From the sequence record SRR20825019_1337: a DNA stretch of 64,000 nt. One strand, 5' to 3'. Position 1 is the stretch's first letter; every line of letters begins with the position of its first letter. Of this stretch, positions 53,853-64,000 are shown one piece after another. The notes under the pieces were generated by a model that was given only the letters and a program-made list of their open reading frames with translations, did not search any database and had not been told where the DNA came from. A program made the translations under genes and the position numbers.

Positions 53853-54203
53853 TTAATTTCCGTTTTCCGATCTCACTTGATTTGCGAGTTTTTTGGGAGC
53901 AACAAAACAGTATGCTGTGGTAAGTGCGTCCAGTAATAAATCAGGATGAACGGTATCCATTTCTACGTATGTCCAACCGAATTTTCCCCATTTATTATCT
54001 ACAGGATAGATTGAAGGTTTTCCTGCTGCGGAAAATACATTTTGATCAATTTCACTAAGCTTAAGACAAGCGCGCTTGTTTAGAGGGTCGTAACTTGCAA
54101 ATATTTTTTTCTTCACTCTAAACGAAGTGTACTCAAAGTGCGGTTCTTCGGTCGCCTCTGGGAATTCCAAAGCAATTTTCCTAAGTGTTTCTATACTTAT
54201 CAT
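53853..54203 (-). CDS. MmcQ/YjbR family protein
   Basis: EEPHFEYTSFRVKKKIFA, NKWGKFGWT; start at ATG 54203. Confidence 0.85.
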   Translation of the reverse strand: MISIETLRKIALEFPEATEEPHFEYTSFRVKKKIFASYDPLNKRACLKLSEIDQNVFSAAGKPSIYPVDNKWGKFGWTYVEMDTVHPDLLLDALTTAYCFVAPKKLANQVRSENGN

Positions 54204-54331
54204 ACTAAAGCGTAGTAAGGTGAGGACTGAAATCATTCAGAATAACTGAAAATCAAGAACATAATCAGAGTATTTGTCTAAAAAAGTCAAATGACCTGAA
54301 TTTCGCACTATCCGAAATCTTCCTGCAAAAA

Positions 54332-54844
54332 TTATTCTACTACAAACGCTTTGATCTCGAGCTTTGAAACTTTAGGATCCGTATTTGCCGTAACAGTTAC
54401 GGTTTTAGTGATTTCATTCGCTTGTCCAGGCTTTGGTTTAAACGTTACCTCAATAACATCTGATTGTCCCGGTGCAATTGGTTTTTCTGGCTTTTTAGGA
54501 AGCGTACATCCACAGCTCGCAGAAACATCATCAATAATTAATGGCTTTGTTCCTGTGTTTGTCACTCTAAAGCTTGTTGTGTTTTCGCTGCCCTGTTTTA
54601 CTTTTCCAAAATCGTGGGTAAGCTTATCATACTTTAAAGAAGTCATCGATTGTTCAAGCTCTTTTGCTTGTCGCTCTTCTTCTTTTTCCATCGCTTTGAT
54701 CTCTGCGAGCATTTTTTCATCTATTGGCTCATCGGAAGAAATCGCTGATTCTACTTCGCCGTTATATGCTTCAATACTCTTTTCAGAATCTCCACAAGCA
54801 GAGATAGCTGCAACAACACAAATTGAAAGAATTATTTTTTTCAT
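54332..54844 (-). CDS. DUF1573 domain lipoprotein
   Basis: ISAC lipobox; HDFG, NTGTKPLII, ASCGCT, PIAPG. Confidence 0.88.
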   Translation of the reverse strand: MKKIILSICVVAAISACGDSEKSIEAYNGEVESAISSDEPIDEKMLAEIKAMEKEEERQAKELEQSMTSLKYDKLTHDFGKVKQGSENTTSFRVTNTGTKPLIIDDVSASCGCTLPKKPEKPIAPGQSDVIEVTFKPKPGQANEITKTVTVTANTDPKVSKLEIKAFVVE

Positions 54845-54880
54845 ACCAGAATACATTTACGAGATCAAAGATAAAATAGT

Positions 54881-56479
54881 CTAGTGAATTTCACTCAATC
54901 CATACTGTTGATATTTATCAGACTCGATAATTTCAATCGCTCTTTGAAGAATTTCATTCGATTCGTTATAGATTTCATAAAATTGTTGGAATCCCCATAA
55001 ATCGTTAGCCAAGGAAGCTTTTAAGCGGAGTTTAAGCAATGCTTCGCTCGTTTTATATTCTTCTTTGTTGAATTCAAGCTCTGCGTCTTGTTCTTTAACG
55101 TAATCGAAAAACTCATCCATAAATGCTTTGTCCAAATCAAACTTCTTCTTGAAATCAGCGAATTGAGGATACTTTTCGAGTACATTTTCTCGGTTCTTGT
55201 CAACGTACTCAAGTGCGAAATTGTTGACATATCCAGCTCTAACGAGTGCTGTGAAATAATCAGTAATCTCAGACGTATCAAGTGGAACGAAATAATCAGG
55301 CATAATTCCACCGCCTCCGTAAACTGTACGCTGAGTTAACAATGTTTTATGTTTAAGCGAATCGGGTAGTTTTATAGAATCCTGATTCATAAATTCACCG
55401 TTTAAGTAACGATCAGATAAATCCTTGCGATACGCGTCTAGATCATCGTAAGGTTTTTGGATGAATCGGCCACTAGGAGTGAAGTAACGCGCAATCGTTA
55501 AGCGAATTTGCGATCCATCAGTGAGGTCAATTGGACGTTGAACTAATCCTTTTCCGTAAGATCTTCGACCAACAATTAGTCCTCGATCCCAATCTTGGAT
55601 CGCGCCAGAAAGAATTTCACTCGCAGAAGCAGAATATTCGTCCGTGAGCAAGATCAGTTTTCCTTTTTCCCATTGTCCTTTAGCTCCAGCTTTTAATTCG
55701 CTTCTTGGTTGCGCTCTTCCTTCGGAGTACACGATTAATTTGTTGTCAGAAAGGAATTCATCAGCCAACGTTTTTGCGGCATAAAGTAATCCTCCACCGT
55801 TTCCTTGTAAATCGAAAATAAGGTTTTCCATTCCTTGACTTTTCAATGATTTCAAGGCGCTAGTAACTTCATCCTGCGAGGAACGTGAAAATGAATTTAA
55901 CTTGATATAGCCGGTTTCTGGTGTAACCATGTACGCAGCATCCACTGAGTTCACAGGAATAATGTCTCTCGTAATTACGAAGTCGAGGAGATCTTTATTC
56001 TTCTTACGCTGGATGGATACTTTTACTTTCGTTCCGCGATCACCCATAAGCTTTTCACGTACATCTCCATTTTTCAATCCTACACCGGCAACGGCTTTGT
56101 TCTCAATTGAAATAATTTTGTCGCCTGGAAGAAGACCAAGTTTTTCGGAAGGGCCACCAGGGATTGTTGCAACAACCATGAGAGTATCCTTTAGAATTTG
56201 AAAACGAATTCCAATTCCTACGAAATTTCCGTTTATTTTTTGGTTTGCGTCATCTACTTCTCCTTTGGAAATGTAAGTGGAGTGGGGGTCCAACTTTTCT
56301 AAGAGCGCAATAATTGCGGCATCTGTGAGCTCATCCTGATTGACATCGTCCACGTACATTTGATTGATGTATGTGATGACCTCATCGAATTTTTGAGTTG
56401 TTGATACTTTTGAAGGATCTACTTGAGACCAAGAGATGACACTTGGAATCATAAAGAGTACTACGATGAAATTTTTCAT
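54881..56479 (-). CDS. S41A carboxyl-terminal processing protease
   Basis: LDPHS, GIGI PDZ, DLQGNGGG, SASASEI, GKGLVQ, GGGIMPD; probable start ATG 56479. Confidence 0.93.
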   Translation of the reverse strand: MKNFIVVLFMIPSVISWSQVDPSKVSTTQKFDEVITYINQMYVDDVNQDELTDAAIIALLEKLDPHSTYISKGEVDDANQKINGNFVGIGIRFQILKDTLMVVATIPGGPSEKLGLLPGDKIISIENKAVAGVGLKNGDVREKLMGDRGTKVKVSIQRKKNKDLLDFVITRDIIPVNSVDAAYMVTPETGYIKLNSFSRSSQDEVTSALKSLKSQGMENLIFDLQGNGGGLLYAAKTLADEFLSDNKLIVYSEGRAQPRSELKAGAKGQWEKGKLILLTDEYSASASEILSGAIQDWDRGLIVGRRSYGKGLVQRPIDLTDGSQIRLTIARYFTPSGRFIQKPYDDLDAYRKDLSDRYLNGEFMNQDSIKLPDSLKHKTLLTQRTVYGGGGIMPDYFVPLDTSEITDYFTALVRAGYVNNFALEYVDKNRENVLEKYPQFADFKKKFDLDKAFMDEFFDYVKEQDAELEFNKEEYKTSEALLKLRLKASLANDLWGFQQFYEIYNESNEILQRAIEIIESDKYQQYGLSEIH

Positions 56480-56678
56480 ATATCTGGTTTGTTTTGTAGT
56501 CAAAAACATATTTAGCTTTTAAAGAACGGGAATAAATATGGAATAGTATTCTATCACACTATAAAATATGTTAATTGAGAGTCAGTACAACTATACACAT
56601 TAAATTGTTCAATGAAAATGAAAGGGATAGGTTAAAATGGCTATTATTTTTCGTTCCTTCGTGAAGGAAATATCAGAC

Positions 56679-57578
56679 ATGACAAAATATATTCTTTTAC
56701 TGGGTTTAAGTGTTCTTTGGTTCGACGCATCAGCGCAGAATCCAAAGTTTGACCAACTAGAGGTTAACTTTGCGCAAGGACATTACAAGAGAGTTCGGAG
56801 AAAAGCGGATCGATTACTCGATAAGCCTGAGTATGATTTTTCTCTTCTTCCAACGTATTATAAAAGTATAAGTTTATTTCAACTGAGTCAGAATAAATTC
56901 TGGCTTCTAAATCATCCAAATTCGTTAAAAGAAGCCGAAGCACTTTTTTTAGAAGTGAAAAATTCTGTTGACGGACAAAAAGTATTCAATGCGCACATGT
57001 ACGAGATTTCTTGGTTGCGTGGAGATATGATTTCTTGGGCAAACGACTTGAAACGAATGGGCTACGAGGAATCATTTCTTGAAGTTCAGAGGGTGATTGA
57101 TGTTGTGTTTGAAAATGTTCCGGGAATTGACGCTGGAAATAATGCCAATTCGATTGCTTACAAAGACAATACGGCGATTGAATCAAAGGAGGTAAAGGGA
57201 ATCAGAAATGAAATTGTCGCTTCTGCAAAGCAATACATGGGAACGCCTTATGTTTGGGCAGGAAGTTCGCCTGAAGGTTTTGATTGTTCTGGCTTTACAT
57301 CTTATGTGATGGATAAAAATGGTTCTCAACTTCCGAGACGTGCGGCAGATCAATACGAAGCTTCACAAAAAGTAAAAGAGAAAAACGTTGAAAAGGGAGA
57401 TTTGGTCTTTTTTAATAATGGATCAGGGATTTCACATGTGGGAATTGTCATTTCAGAGAAGGGTCAACCGCTCACAATGATTCACTCAAGTTCAAGTCAA
57501 GGAATTATTATCACAGAAGTTGAAAAATCTGAATACTGGATGAAGCGCCTTCACGGATACGGAACGTTTGTGAAATAA
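56679..57578 (+). CDS. NlpC/P60 (C40) cell-wall peptidase with N-terminal helical domain
   Basis: GTPYVWAG..GFDCSGF, GDLVFF, SHVGI, MIHS; signal peptide from ATG 56679. Confidence 0.9.
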   Translation: MTKYILLLGLSVLWFDASAQNPKFDQLEVNFAQGHYKRVRRKADRLLDKPEYDFSLLPTYYKSISLFQLSQNKFWLLNHPNSLKEAEALFLEVKNSVDGQKVFNAHMYEISWLRGDMISWANDLKRMGYEESFLEVQRVIDVVFENVPGIDAGNNANSIAYKDNTAIESKEVKGIRNEIVASAKQYMGTPYVWAGSSPEGFDCSGFTSYVMDKNGSQLPRRAADQYEASQKVKEKNVEKGDLVFFNNGSGISHVGIVISEKGQPLTMIHSSSSQGIIITEVEKSEYWMKRLHGYGTFVK

Positions 57579-57581
57579 ACG

Positions 57582-58106
57582 CTAGGTCGTTCTTTTTCTG
57601 CTCACAGCAATAAGTGAGGATATCATTACTCCAATGAATAGAATCAACGAACTAGTGAAAAATAGGGGAGAGGATATTTTAAAAATAATCCCAAGTGACA
57701 GATACATCCAGGGAATCCAAAAAAGTATATTTAACACGATTGATTTCTTCACGACAAACAATTCGTTGAGCGCAAACCCGATAAATAAAGCGAATGATCC
57801 AACGAAATAGTTCCAACTGTTCGGTAATATAGTTGGATTCCACCAAGCGAGAATCGAATAAAGGATAAGTGCAATTGAAAAAAATCCGATAGGCGTGGTG
57901 AGCTTTGTTTTTCCGATCAAGGAGATTCTTGTAACCGTAAAAATAATTGCCATCGAAAGCGAGAGGCACGTTATCCGAAACGCAGCACCAAAGTGATTTG
58001 AGCTGTCAACTAACTGATAAACAGAAAAACCAACCCAAATAAAGGAGAGGATAACTAGGAGAGATAAGATTCTTTTCACGGGATTAAAAGTACTAATCTC
58101 CCGCAA
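57582..58106 (-). CDS. Hypothetical multi-pass membrane protein
   Basis: About 6 hydrophobic segments fill the gap; start uncertain (TTG 58106 or GTG 58079). Confidence 0.55.
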   Translation of the reverse strand: MREISTFNPVKRILSLLVILSFIWVGFSVYQLVDSSNHFGAAFRITCLSLSMAIIFTVTRISLIGKTKLTTPIGFFSIALILYSILAWWNPTILPNSWNYFVGSFALFIGFALNELFVVKKSIVLNILFWIPWMYLSLGIIFKISSPLFFTSSLILFIGVMISSLIAVSRKRTT

Positions 58107-58137
58107 AAAACAAGAGAGTCCCTTTCGAAACTCTCTT
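58105..58137 (-). terminator. Intrinsic terminator after clpB
   Basis: AAGAGAGT(58112-58119)/ACTCTCTT(58130-58137) stem with adjacent A-tract. Confidence 0.6.
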
Positions 58138-58147
58138 ATTTTATTTT

Positions 58148-60763
58148 TTATGCTTCTTCAAGTTCGTTTATTGGCCTCCGAAACACTATTTTGTTGTCAA
58201 AGATATCCATCACAACATTTGAACTTGCGTCAATCTTATCCGCAAGTATGGCTTTGGATAGCTCATTCATGACATTTTTCTGAATGATTCGTTTTACCGG
58301 ACGTGCTCCAAAGAATGGATCGTATCCAGCTTCACCAATCCATTTCACAGTATCGGCGGTAATTACTAATTCGATTCCCTGTAAATGAAGCTTTTTCTTA
58401 AGTTGATTCAGTTGAATTTCAACGATGTCGTTTACGTTCGCTTTGGTCAAAGGATGGAAAAGAATAATTTCATCTATACGATTTAAAAACTCTGGGCGAA
58501 TTGTTTGTTTCAACAGTTCGGTTACATTTCGCTTTGCGCGATGTCCAGCAGCCTCAAACTCATTGTCTCGAATTCCGTCGAACTGCTCGTGAATTAATTC
58601 TGAACCTAGATTCGACGTCATGATTACAATGGTATTTTTAAAGTTCACGGTTCTTCCTTTGTTATCCGTTAGTCTACCGTCATCTAAAACTTGCAGTAAC
58701 ACATTGAATACATCAGGATGCGCCTTCTCAATCTCGTCGAGTAAAACAATCGAGTAGGGTTTGCGACGAACGGCTTCCGTCAATTGACCACCTTCGTCGT
58801 AACCAACATAACCAGGAGGAGCTCCTACCAATCTGCTCACGGAGTGTTTCTCTTGAAATTCGCTCATATCAATCCGCGTCATGGCGTTCTCATCATTGAA
58901 CATATAATCCGCCAATGCCTTTGCGAGTTCTGTTTTTCCAACTCCTGTTGTTCCAAGAAAGATAAATGAGCCAATTGGTCGTTTTTCATCTTGTAATCCC
59001 GCACGAGATCTTCTCACGGCATCCGATAAAGCCTCAATTGCTTCTTCCTGTCCAACGACGCGTTTTCCAAGTTCTTCTTCGAGTTTTAGCAACTTCACTT
59101 TTTCACTTTCAATCATTTTGCTCACTGGAATCCCCGTCCATTTAGACACCACTTCTGCGATTTCCTCAGAATCAACTTCCTCTTTGATCATTTTTGATTC
59201 AGATTGAAGTGACAATAAAGAAGCTTTCGCTTGTTCCAATTGCTCTTCTGCTTCTTTGATTCTACCGTAGCGAATCTCAGCAACCTTTCCATAATCGCCT
59301 TGTCTTTCCGCTTGATCGGCCTCTAAACGAAATTGTTCGATGCTTAATTTTGCTTTTTGAATGGAATCAACGACGTCTTTTTCTGATTGCCATTTTGCCT
59401 TTAGTGCATCGCGTTGTGCACTAAGTTCAGCGAGATCTTTCTCCAAACTGGATACTTTTTTCGTGTCAGCTTCGCGTTTAATTGCTTCGCGTTCAATCTC
59501 CAGTTGCATTATTTTACGCTCAACTTCATCTAGCACTTCGGGTTTGGAATTGATTTCCATTCTCAATTTCGATGCGGCTTCATCAATCAAATCAATCGCT
59601 TTGTCTGGAAGGTGACGTTCGGTAATATAGCGTTGAGAAAGTTCTACTGCACTTATTATTGCAGAATCTTTGATCAGTACTTTATGATGGTTTTCATATT
59701 TTTCTTTAATCCCGCGAAGAATTGAAATCGCATCTTCTGCGGATGGTTCGTCTACTAAAACCGTTTGAAAACGTCGAACTAGCGCTTTGTCTTTCTCAAA
59801 ATACTTTTGATATTCATTTAACGTTGTTGCGCCAACAGCTCTTAATTCTCCTCGTGCTAATGCGGGTTTGAGAATATTTGCAGCATCCATTGCGCCTTCT
59901 CCGCCACCTCCTGCACCAACAAGCGTGTGGATTTCATCGATGAATAGAATAATCTCTCCATCGGCTGCGGTCACTTCTTTGATAACGGATTTTAGTCGCT
60001 CTTCAAATTCACCTTTATACTTAGCTCCTGCGATCAGCGCTCCCATATCAAGAGAGAAGACGATTTTGTCTTTTAAGTTTTCTGGAACGTCTCCTTCGAT
60101 AATTCGATGTGCGATTCCTTCTGCAATGGCAGTTTTACCAACCCCAGGTTCTCCGATAAGAATAGGATTGTTTTTTGTTCTTCGCGTTAAAATTTGAAGT
60201 ACTCGACGAATTTCTTCGTCACGCCCAATTACTGGGTCAAGTTTCCCTTCTTTTGCGAGCTGATTTAAGTTTTTGGCGAATTTCTCCAACGAGTTATAAT
60301 TCGCATCTTGGCTATGTGAAGTCACTTTTTCTCCTTTTCTAAGTTTTAAAATACTTTCTTTCAGTGCTTTTTGAGAAGCTCCCGAATCTTTCAATAATCT
60401 TCCTATACTATCGGAAACGTTAATCAATGCATAAAGTAGAATTTCTACCGATAAATATTCATCGCCAAATTCCTTCATGTGATTAAATGCATGCGAAAGG
60501 ACGGTGTTCATAGTTGAGGACGTGTATAATTGTCCGCCAGTTACTTTTGGGTAGCCGTCTACGATCTTATCAACGGCAAGCGAAACCATTTTTAGATTCG
60601 CTCCAATATCGTTGAGTAGAAATGGTGAAACATCTTTGTCCTTTTCAAATAATGATTTTAGAACATGTCCTGTTTCTAATGCCTGATGTCCGTTAATGGT
60701 TGCTATATGTTGTGCATTTTGTAGCACTTCTTCTGTTTTCTGTGTCAGTTTTGTCAAATCCAT
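58148..60763 (-). CDS. clpB: ATP-dependent chaperone ClpB
   Basis: Two AAA modules ([16 protein letters not shown]), [10 protein letters not shown], middle coiled coil, PPGYVGY; start ATG 60763. Confidence 0.96.
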   Translation of the reverse strand: MDLTKLTQKTEEVLQNAQHIATINGHQALETGHVLKSLFEKDKDVSPFLLNDIGANLKMVSLAVDKIVDGYPKVTGGQLYTSSTMNTVLSHAFNHMKEFGDEYLSVEILLYALINVSDSIGRLLKDSGASQKALKESILKLRKGEKVTSHSQDANYNSLEKFAKNLNQLAKEGKLDPVIGRDEEIRRVLQILTRRTKNNPILIGEPGVGKTAIAEGIAHRIIEGDVPENLKDKIVFSLDMGALIAGAKYKGEFEERLKSVIKEVTAADGEIILFIDEIHTLVGAGGGGEGAMDAANILKPALARGELRAVGATTLNEYQKYFEKDKALVRRFQTVLVDEPSAEDAISILRGIKEKYENHHKVLIKDSAIISAVELSQRYITERHLPDKAIDLIDEAASKLRMEINSKPEVLDEVERKIMQLEIEREAIKREADTKKVSSLEKDLAELSAQRDALKAKWQSEKDVVDSIQKAKLSIEQFRLEADQAERQGDYGKVAEIRYGRIKEAEEQLEQAKASLLSLQSESKMIKEEVDSEEIAEVVSKWTGIPVSKMIESEKVKLLKLEEELGKRVVGQEEAIEALSDAVRRSRAGLQDEKRPIGSFIFLGTTGVGKTELAKALADYMFNDENAMTRIDMSEFQEKHSVSRLVGAPPGYVGYDEGGQLTEAVRRKPYSIVLLDEIEKAHPDVFNVLLQVLDDGRLTDNKGRTVNFKNTIVIMTSNLGSELIHEQFDGIRDNEFEAAGHRAKRNVTELLKQTIRPEFLNRIDEIILFHPLTKANVNDIVEIQLNQLKKKLHLQGIELVITADTVKWIGEAGYDPFFGARPVKRIIQKNVMNELSKAILADKIDASSNVVMDIFDNKIVFRRPINELEEA

Positions 60764-60921
60764 GATTCGTGTTTTTTGATGAAAACTATTCTTCAAATTC
60801 TAATCCATATTCGAATAGGGTATAAAACCATGTAATATTGTCAGTTTTCAGCGTCTAACTATGTCATTGTGACTGATCTTCGAAGTTATCAACAGATTGT
60901 TTGACAGTTATCAACATTTTT

Positions 60922-60947
60922 TGTAACCTAGTGATCAATTCTCCGTA
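60922..60947 (+). promoter_or_regulatory. Putative ECF-sigma promoter TGTAAC-N16-CGTA
   Basis: Same geometry as 20265-20290; about 30 nt upstream of ATG 60977. Confidence 0.45.
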
Positions 60948-60976
60948 ATAGTGAACACAACAACAAAATAAACGAC

Positions 60977-61888
60977 ATGAAATTAATAATCACAACATTA
61001 GGAATTTTTCTGACTGCGTCCGTTTTAGCAGGTGAGAATAAAGTGATTTCAAAACGTGAATACATTGATCAATGGAAAGAAACCGCTATTGAACAAATGT
61101 CGAAACACAAAATTCCAGCAAGTATTATTATTGCACAAGGCATTTTAGAAAGTGGTTCTGGAAATTCTGAGTTAGCTCGAAAAGGAAACAATCATTTTGG
61201 AATCAAATGTCATGGTTGGACAGGTGAGAAAATGTACGTAGATGACGATAAAAAAGGGGAGTGCTTCCGTGTCTATAAAACTGCTGCAGGTTCTTATGAA
61301 GATCATAGTTTATTCCTGAATACGTATGATAGATATGCGTTTTTGTTTGATCTCGAAATTACAGATTACAAGAAATGGGCTGAAGGCTTGAAAAAAGCAG
61401 GTTACGCTACAAATCCAAAATATCCTGATTTATTAATTGGGATTATAGAGGACATGAAATTAGATGAATTAGACAAGGTCGTTGCTCCATTGGAAGTTGC
61501 ACCTGAACTGATTTCTTCAAAAGAAACAATGTCGAACAAACATGAAACATTATCAAGCGAGCATGTTAAAGTAAAATTTGTTCGAGCAAAAAAAGGAGAC
61601 ACGTTCTATAAAATTGCTGAAGAATTTGGATTGACTCTACGTCAATTATATAAATACAACGATTTTGCAAAAGAAAAAGATGTATTGGAAGAAGGCGATA
61701 TTGTTTACATCCAACCAAAGAAACGAGGAAAGATCTTCAAGAAAGAAGAGATTGTTGCGGACAAGCAAATGACCGTAAATGAAATTGCGCAGAGATATGC
61801 GTTAAAAGCAAAGGCCATAGTGCGTTTGAATGATTTTGCCGATGAGAATGTTGTTGTTACTCGTGGCGAAAAAGTAACCCTCCGATAA
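60977..61888 (+). CDS. GH73 glucosaminidase with LysM domain(s)
   Basis: IPASIIIAQGILESG, NNHFGIKC, GYATNPKY; KKGDTFYKIA LysM. Confidence 0.92.
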   Translation: MKLIITTLGIFLTASVLAGENKVISKREYIDQWKETAIEQMSKHKIPASIIIAQGILESGSGNSELARKGNNHFGIKCHGWTGEKMYVDDDKKGECFRVYKTAAGSYEDHSLFLNTYDRYAFLFDLEITDYKKWAEGLKKAGYATNPKYPDLLIGIIEDMKLDELDKVVAPLEVAPELISSKETMSNKHETLSSEHVKVKFVRAKKGDTFYKIAEEFGLTLRQLYKYNDFAKEKDVLEEGDIVYIQPKKRGKIFKKEEIVADKQMTVNEIAQRYALKAKAIVRLNDFADENVVVTRGEKVTLR

Positions 61889-61927
61889 GAATTTCCATTC
61901 GGTAGGTTTAATAGTTTGTTGTTGTTT

Positions 61928-61958
61928 AAGAAAGCCCTTGCATGTCAAGGGCTTTCTT
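61928..61958. terminator. Intrinsic terminator
   Basis: AAGAAAGCCCTTG-CATGT-CAAGGGCTTTCTT perfect 13-bp stem. Confidence 0.8.
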
Positions 61959-62115
61959 GTAATGCTAATACTCTATCAACCTACTAGGTTTTAACATATC
62001 GTTCAAATTATCTCAATGAAATCAACCATTTAAGTAGTTTGATCTTGCATTCAAAAAGTTTTATTGTTTAATTCTTAATGTGTACTTTAGTAGCGATATT
62101 AGCTAAACTATACTT

Positions 62116-63648
62116 ATGAAACCGTCAACAGAGCTCTTTAAACTTATTAAGTCGCTCACGAAGTCTGAAAAACGATTTTTTAAGCTAACTTCTTCTCTCC
62201 AGTCGGGTGATAAAAACTACCTGAAAATTTTTGATTACATCGAGAAACAGGATGATTACGATGAAAGTGGACTAAAAAATGAGTTTGATGGAGAAACTTT
62301 CGTTAAGCACTTACCATCTGAGAAAAATCATCTCTACAAACTAATCTTGAAAAGTTTACGATCCTACTATAGCGAGCAATCTATTAGTAGTATGCTTAAA
62401 CAGGAGATAAAAAACGTAGAAATCTTATACAACAAAGCACTCTACAAAGAGTGTGAAAAGTTTGTAAGTCGAGCAAAAACAATTGCGCAACGCTACGAGA
62501 AATTTTATTACTGGTTTGAACTCATTAGCTGGGAAAAGAAATTGCTAGAATCGGCTTACGAATCGGGTGTTTTTTCCAGGGATTTGGATGAGTTGGTGGA
62601 AGAGGAAGAAATGGTGATCGCGAGACTTCGGAATTTGGCGGAGTACACTGTTATTTATTCGAAAATTAACCTGATTTTCAGAAGCGGTGGATTTACGCGT
62701 AATGAAAAGGAACGAACATTAGTTTCGGACATCGCCGATTATCATCTTATTAAAGGCAAGAATACTGCTCTATCAAGTAAGGCAGCATCAATTTGCTATT
62801 ATATAAAAGGACTTTGCGCAGCTACCAATAGAAATTATGAGGACAGTTTCCAGTTCTTCAATAAAACACGAGAAATTCTAGACAATAATCCTTACATCAA
62901 ACAGGATTCTGGGCAGCGATATGTAATGACACTTTTCCACTTGTTGAGATGTCACATTGATAATAACGAGTTTGAGAAAGCCCAGAGGTTAATTATAGAT
63001 ATTCGTGCATTAGCAGGTAAGAAAGGTTTCAATTCCTTGGATATAGATGTGCGTATTTTTGCCAATTCAGCCTATCAAGAACTAACGTTGCTTCAGGCTC
63101 AAGGTGAATTTACGAAGTGCATCGACTTGATTCCTATTATTGAAGAAACGCACGAAGAATTTGGCGATAAAGTAAGTAAGGAAATGGAGGTTTTACTTAC
63201 GTACAGTAAGGCATATAGCTGTTTCGGTGTGGGACAATACAAAAGGTCAATTCAATATTTGAATGAAGTATTGAATGATAATGAACAGAATTTACGTCAG
63301 GACGTTTATAGTTTCGCTGGACTGTTTAATTTGGTGATTCACTTCGAATTGGAGAATTACGATTTCCTTGAGTATATCATTAAATCAACCAATCGCTATT
63401 TGAATAAGCAGGAGCGAGAATTTAAGATTGAGAATGTTTGTATTAAACACATTCGTAAACTTGCGAAAACGCATTCTGGAGTGAATCAATTGGAGATTTA
63501 TGAAAAAATGAGTCAGGAGGTTAATGAACTTCTTAAAGATAGAAATGAACGCGTAGTATTGGAGTATTTCAACATCTCAGCTTGGATTTCTAGCAAGTTA
63601 AATAAGGTTCCGTTTGATCAATCTGTAAGGGATAACTTGAACAATTAG
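62116..63648 (+). CDS. Conserved hypothetical all-helical (TPR-like) cytoplasmic protein
   Basis: LFKLIKSLTKSEKRFFK N-terminus, YKLILKSLR, C-terminal EYFNISAWISSK; no signal peptide. Confidence 0.75.
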   Translation: MKPSTELFKLIKSLTKSEKRFFKLTSSLQSGDKNYLKIFDYIEKQDDYDESGLKNEFDGETFVKHLPSEKNHLYKLILKSLRSYYSEQSISSMLKQEIKNVEILYNKALYKECEKFVSRAKTIAQRYEKFYYWFELISWEKKLLESAYESGVFSRDLDELVEEEEMVIARLRNLAEYTVIYSKINLIFRSGGFTRNEKERTLVSDIADYHLIKGKNTALSSKAASICYYIKGLCAATNRNYEDSFQFFNKTREILDNNPYIKQDSGQRYVMTLFHLLRCHIDNNEFEKAQRLIIDIRALAGKKGFNSLDIDVRIFANSAYQELTLLQAQGEFTKCIDLIPIIEETHEEFGDKVSKEMEVLLTYSKAYSCFGVGQYKRSIQYLNEVLNDNEQNLRQDVYSFAGLFNLVIHFELENYDFLEYIIKSTNRYLNKQEREFKIENVCIKHIRKLAKTHSGVNQLEIYEKMSQEVNELLKDRNERVVLEYFNISAWISSKLNKVPFDQSVRDNLNN

Positions 63649-63705
63649 CAGTTCAATTTGACTTCGTGATGTTTTCGTATTATTTTTACATAAAAAGATA
63701 ACACC

Positions 63706-64000
63706 ATGAAAAAAATTTTACTCCTGTCCACATTGCTGATCTCAGCGATGACTTTTGGGCAATCACTTACCCCAATTGATGTATCAGTAACTTTACCCGT
63801 ATCGAGTACTGGTTTAAACAAATTTACAAGCGGAAGCAGATCTACAACTTGTGGTCCCGATTCTTTGCAATACGGTTTAAATAAGGCTTCAGGACTTCAG
63901 GCACTTAATATCAACAACGCAACTTCGGCACAAGCGATTTCGCAATACTTTGACGCCCCGCAAGCCATTACAATTTCTGGAGTAACATTTTATGCCTATA
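63706..64000 (+). CDS. Secreted protein, N-terminal part (runs off window)
   Basis: Open frame MKKILLLSTLLISAMTFG-QSLTP... to the window end; not in the ORF track because it lacks a stop. Confidence 0.75.
   Translation, partial: MKKILLLSTLLISAMTFGQSLTPIDVSVTLPVSSTGLNKFTSGSRSTTCGPDSLQYGLNKASGLQALNINNATSAQAISQYFDAPQAITISGVTFYAY

Noticed and set aside
54351-54884. 177-aa plus-strand ORF
   Set aside because: Antisense to the well-supported DUF1573 lipoprotein; Ser/Phe-rich mirror composition

Overview
Chromosomal segment from a Bacteroidota genome, most consistent with Flavobacteriales. The evidence is several T9SS C-terminal sorting domains, TAnnTTTG promoter boxes, signal peptides followed by Gln, and a Rho with an N-terminal insertion. 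About 55 CDSs are supportable. They include housekeeping genes (3-hydroxybutyryl-CoA dehydrogenase, gcvT, apbE, mpl, rho, clpB, S41 protease), envelope enzymes, T9SS cargo and small stress/hypothetical genes. I saw no tRNA, rRNA, CRISPR array, transposase or integrase. The strongest candidate for an undescribed system is a tightly coupled operon at 10908-13980 laid out like Kdo biosynthesis (kdsD-kdsA-kdsC) but with all three parts altered. It has a ribulose-phosphate 3-epimerase barrel fused to a CBS pair, a type I-beta DAHP-synthase-like enzyme with a changed specificity motif (GAKAMY), and a KdsC-type phosphatase with an acidic XRE-like N-terminal domain. Other notable items: an Asn-rich prion-like segment in Rho; a 1945-aa secreted TPR/coiled-coil rod; a fibre-like protein paired with a small T9SS protein; a TPR-AAA ATPase plus TPR-membrane protein pair; a structured intergenic RNA/repeat after gcvT; an exactly duplicated terminator flanking a T9SS gene; and recurring ECF-type and leaderless-type promoter geometries. 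All family calls come from motif recognition by eye; no searches were run.
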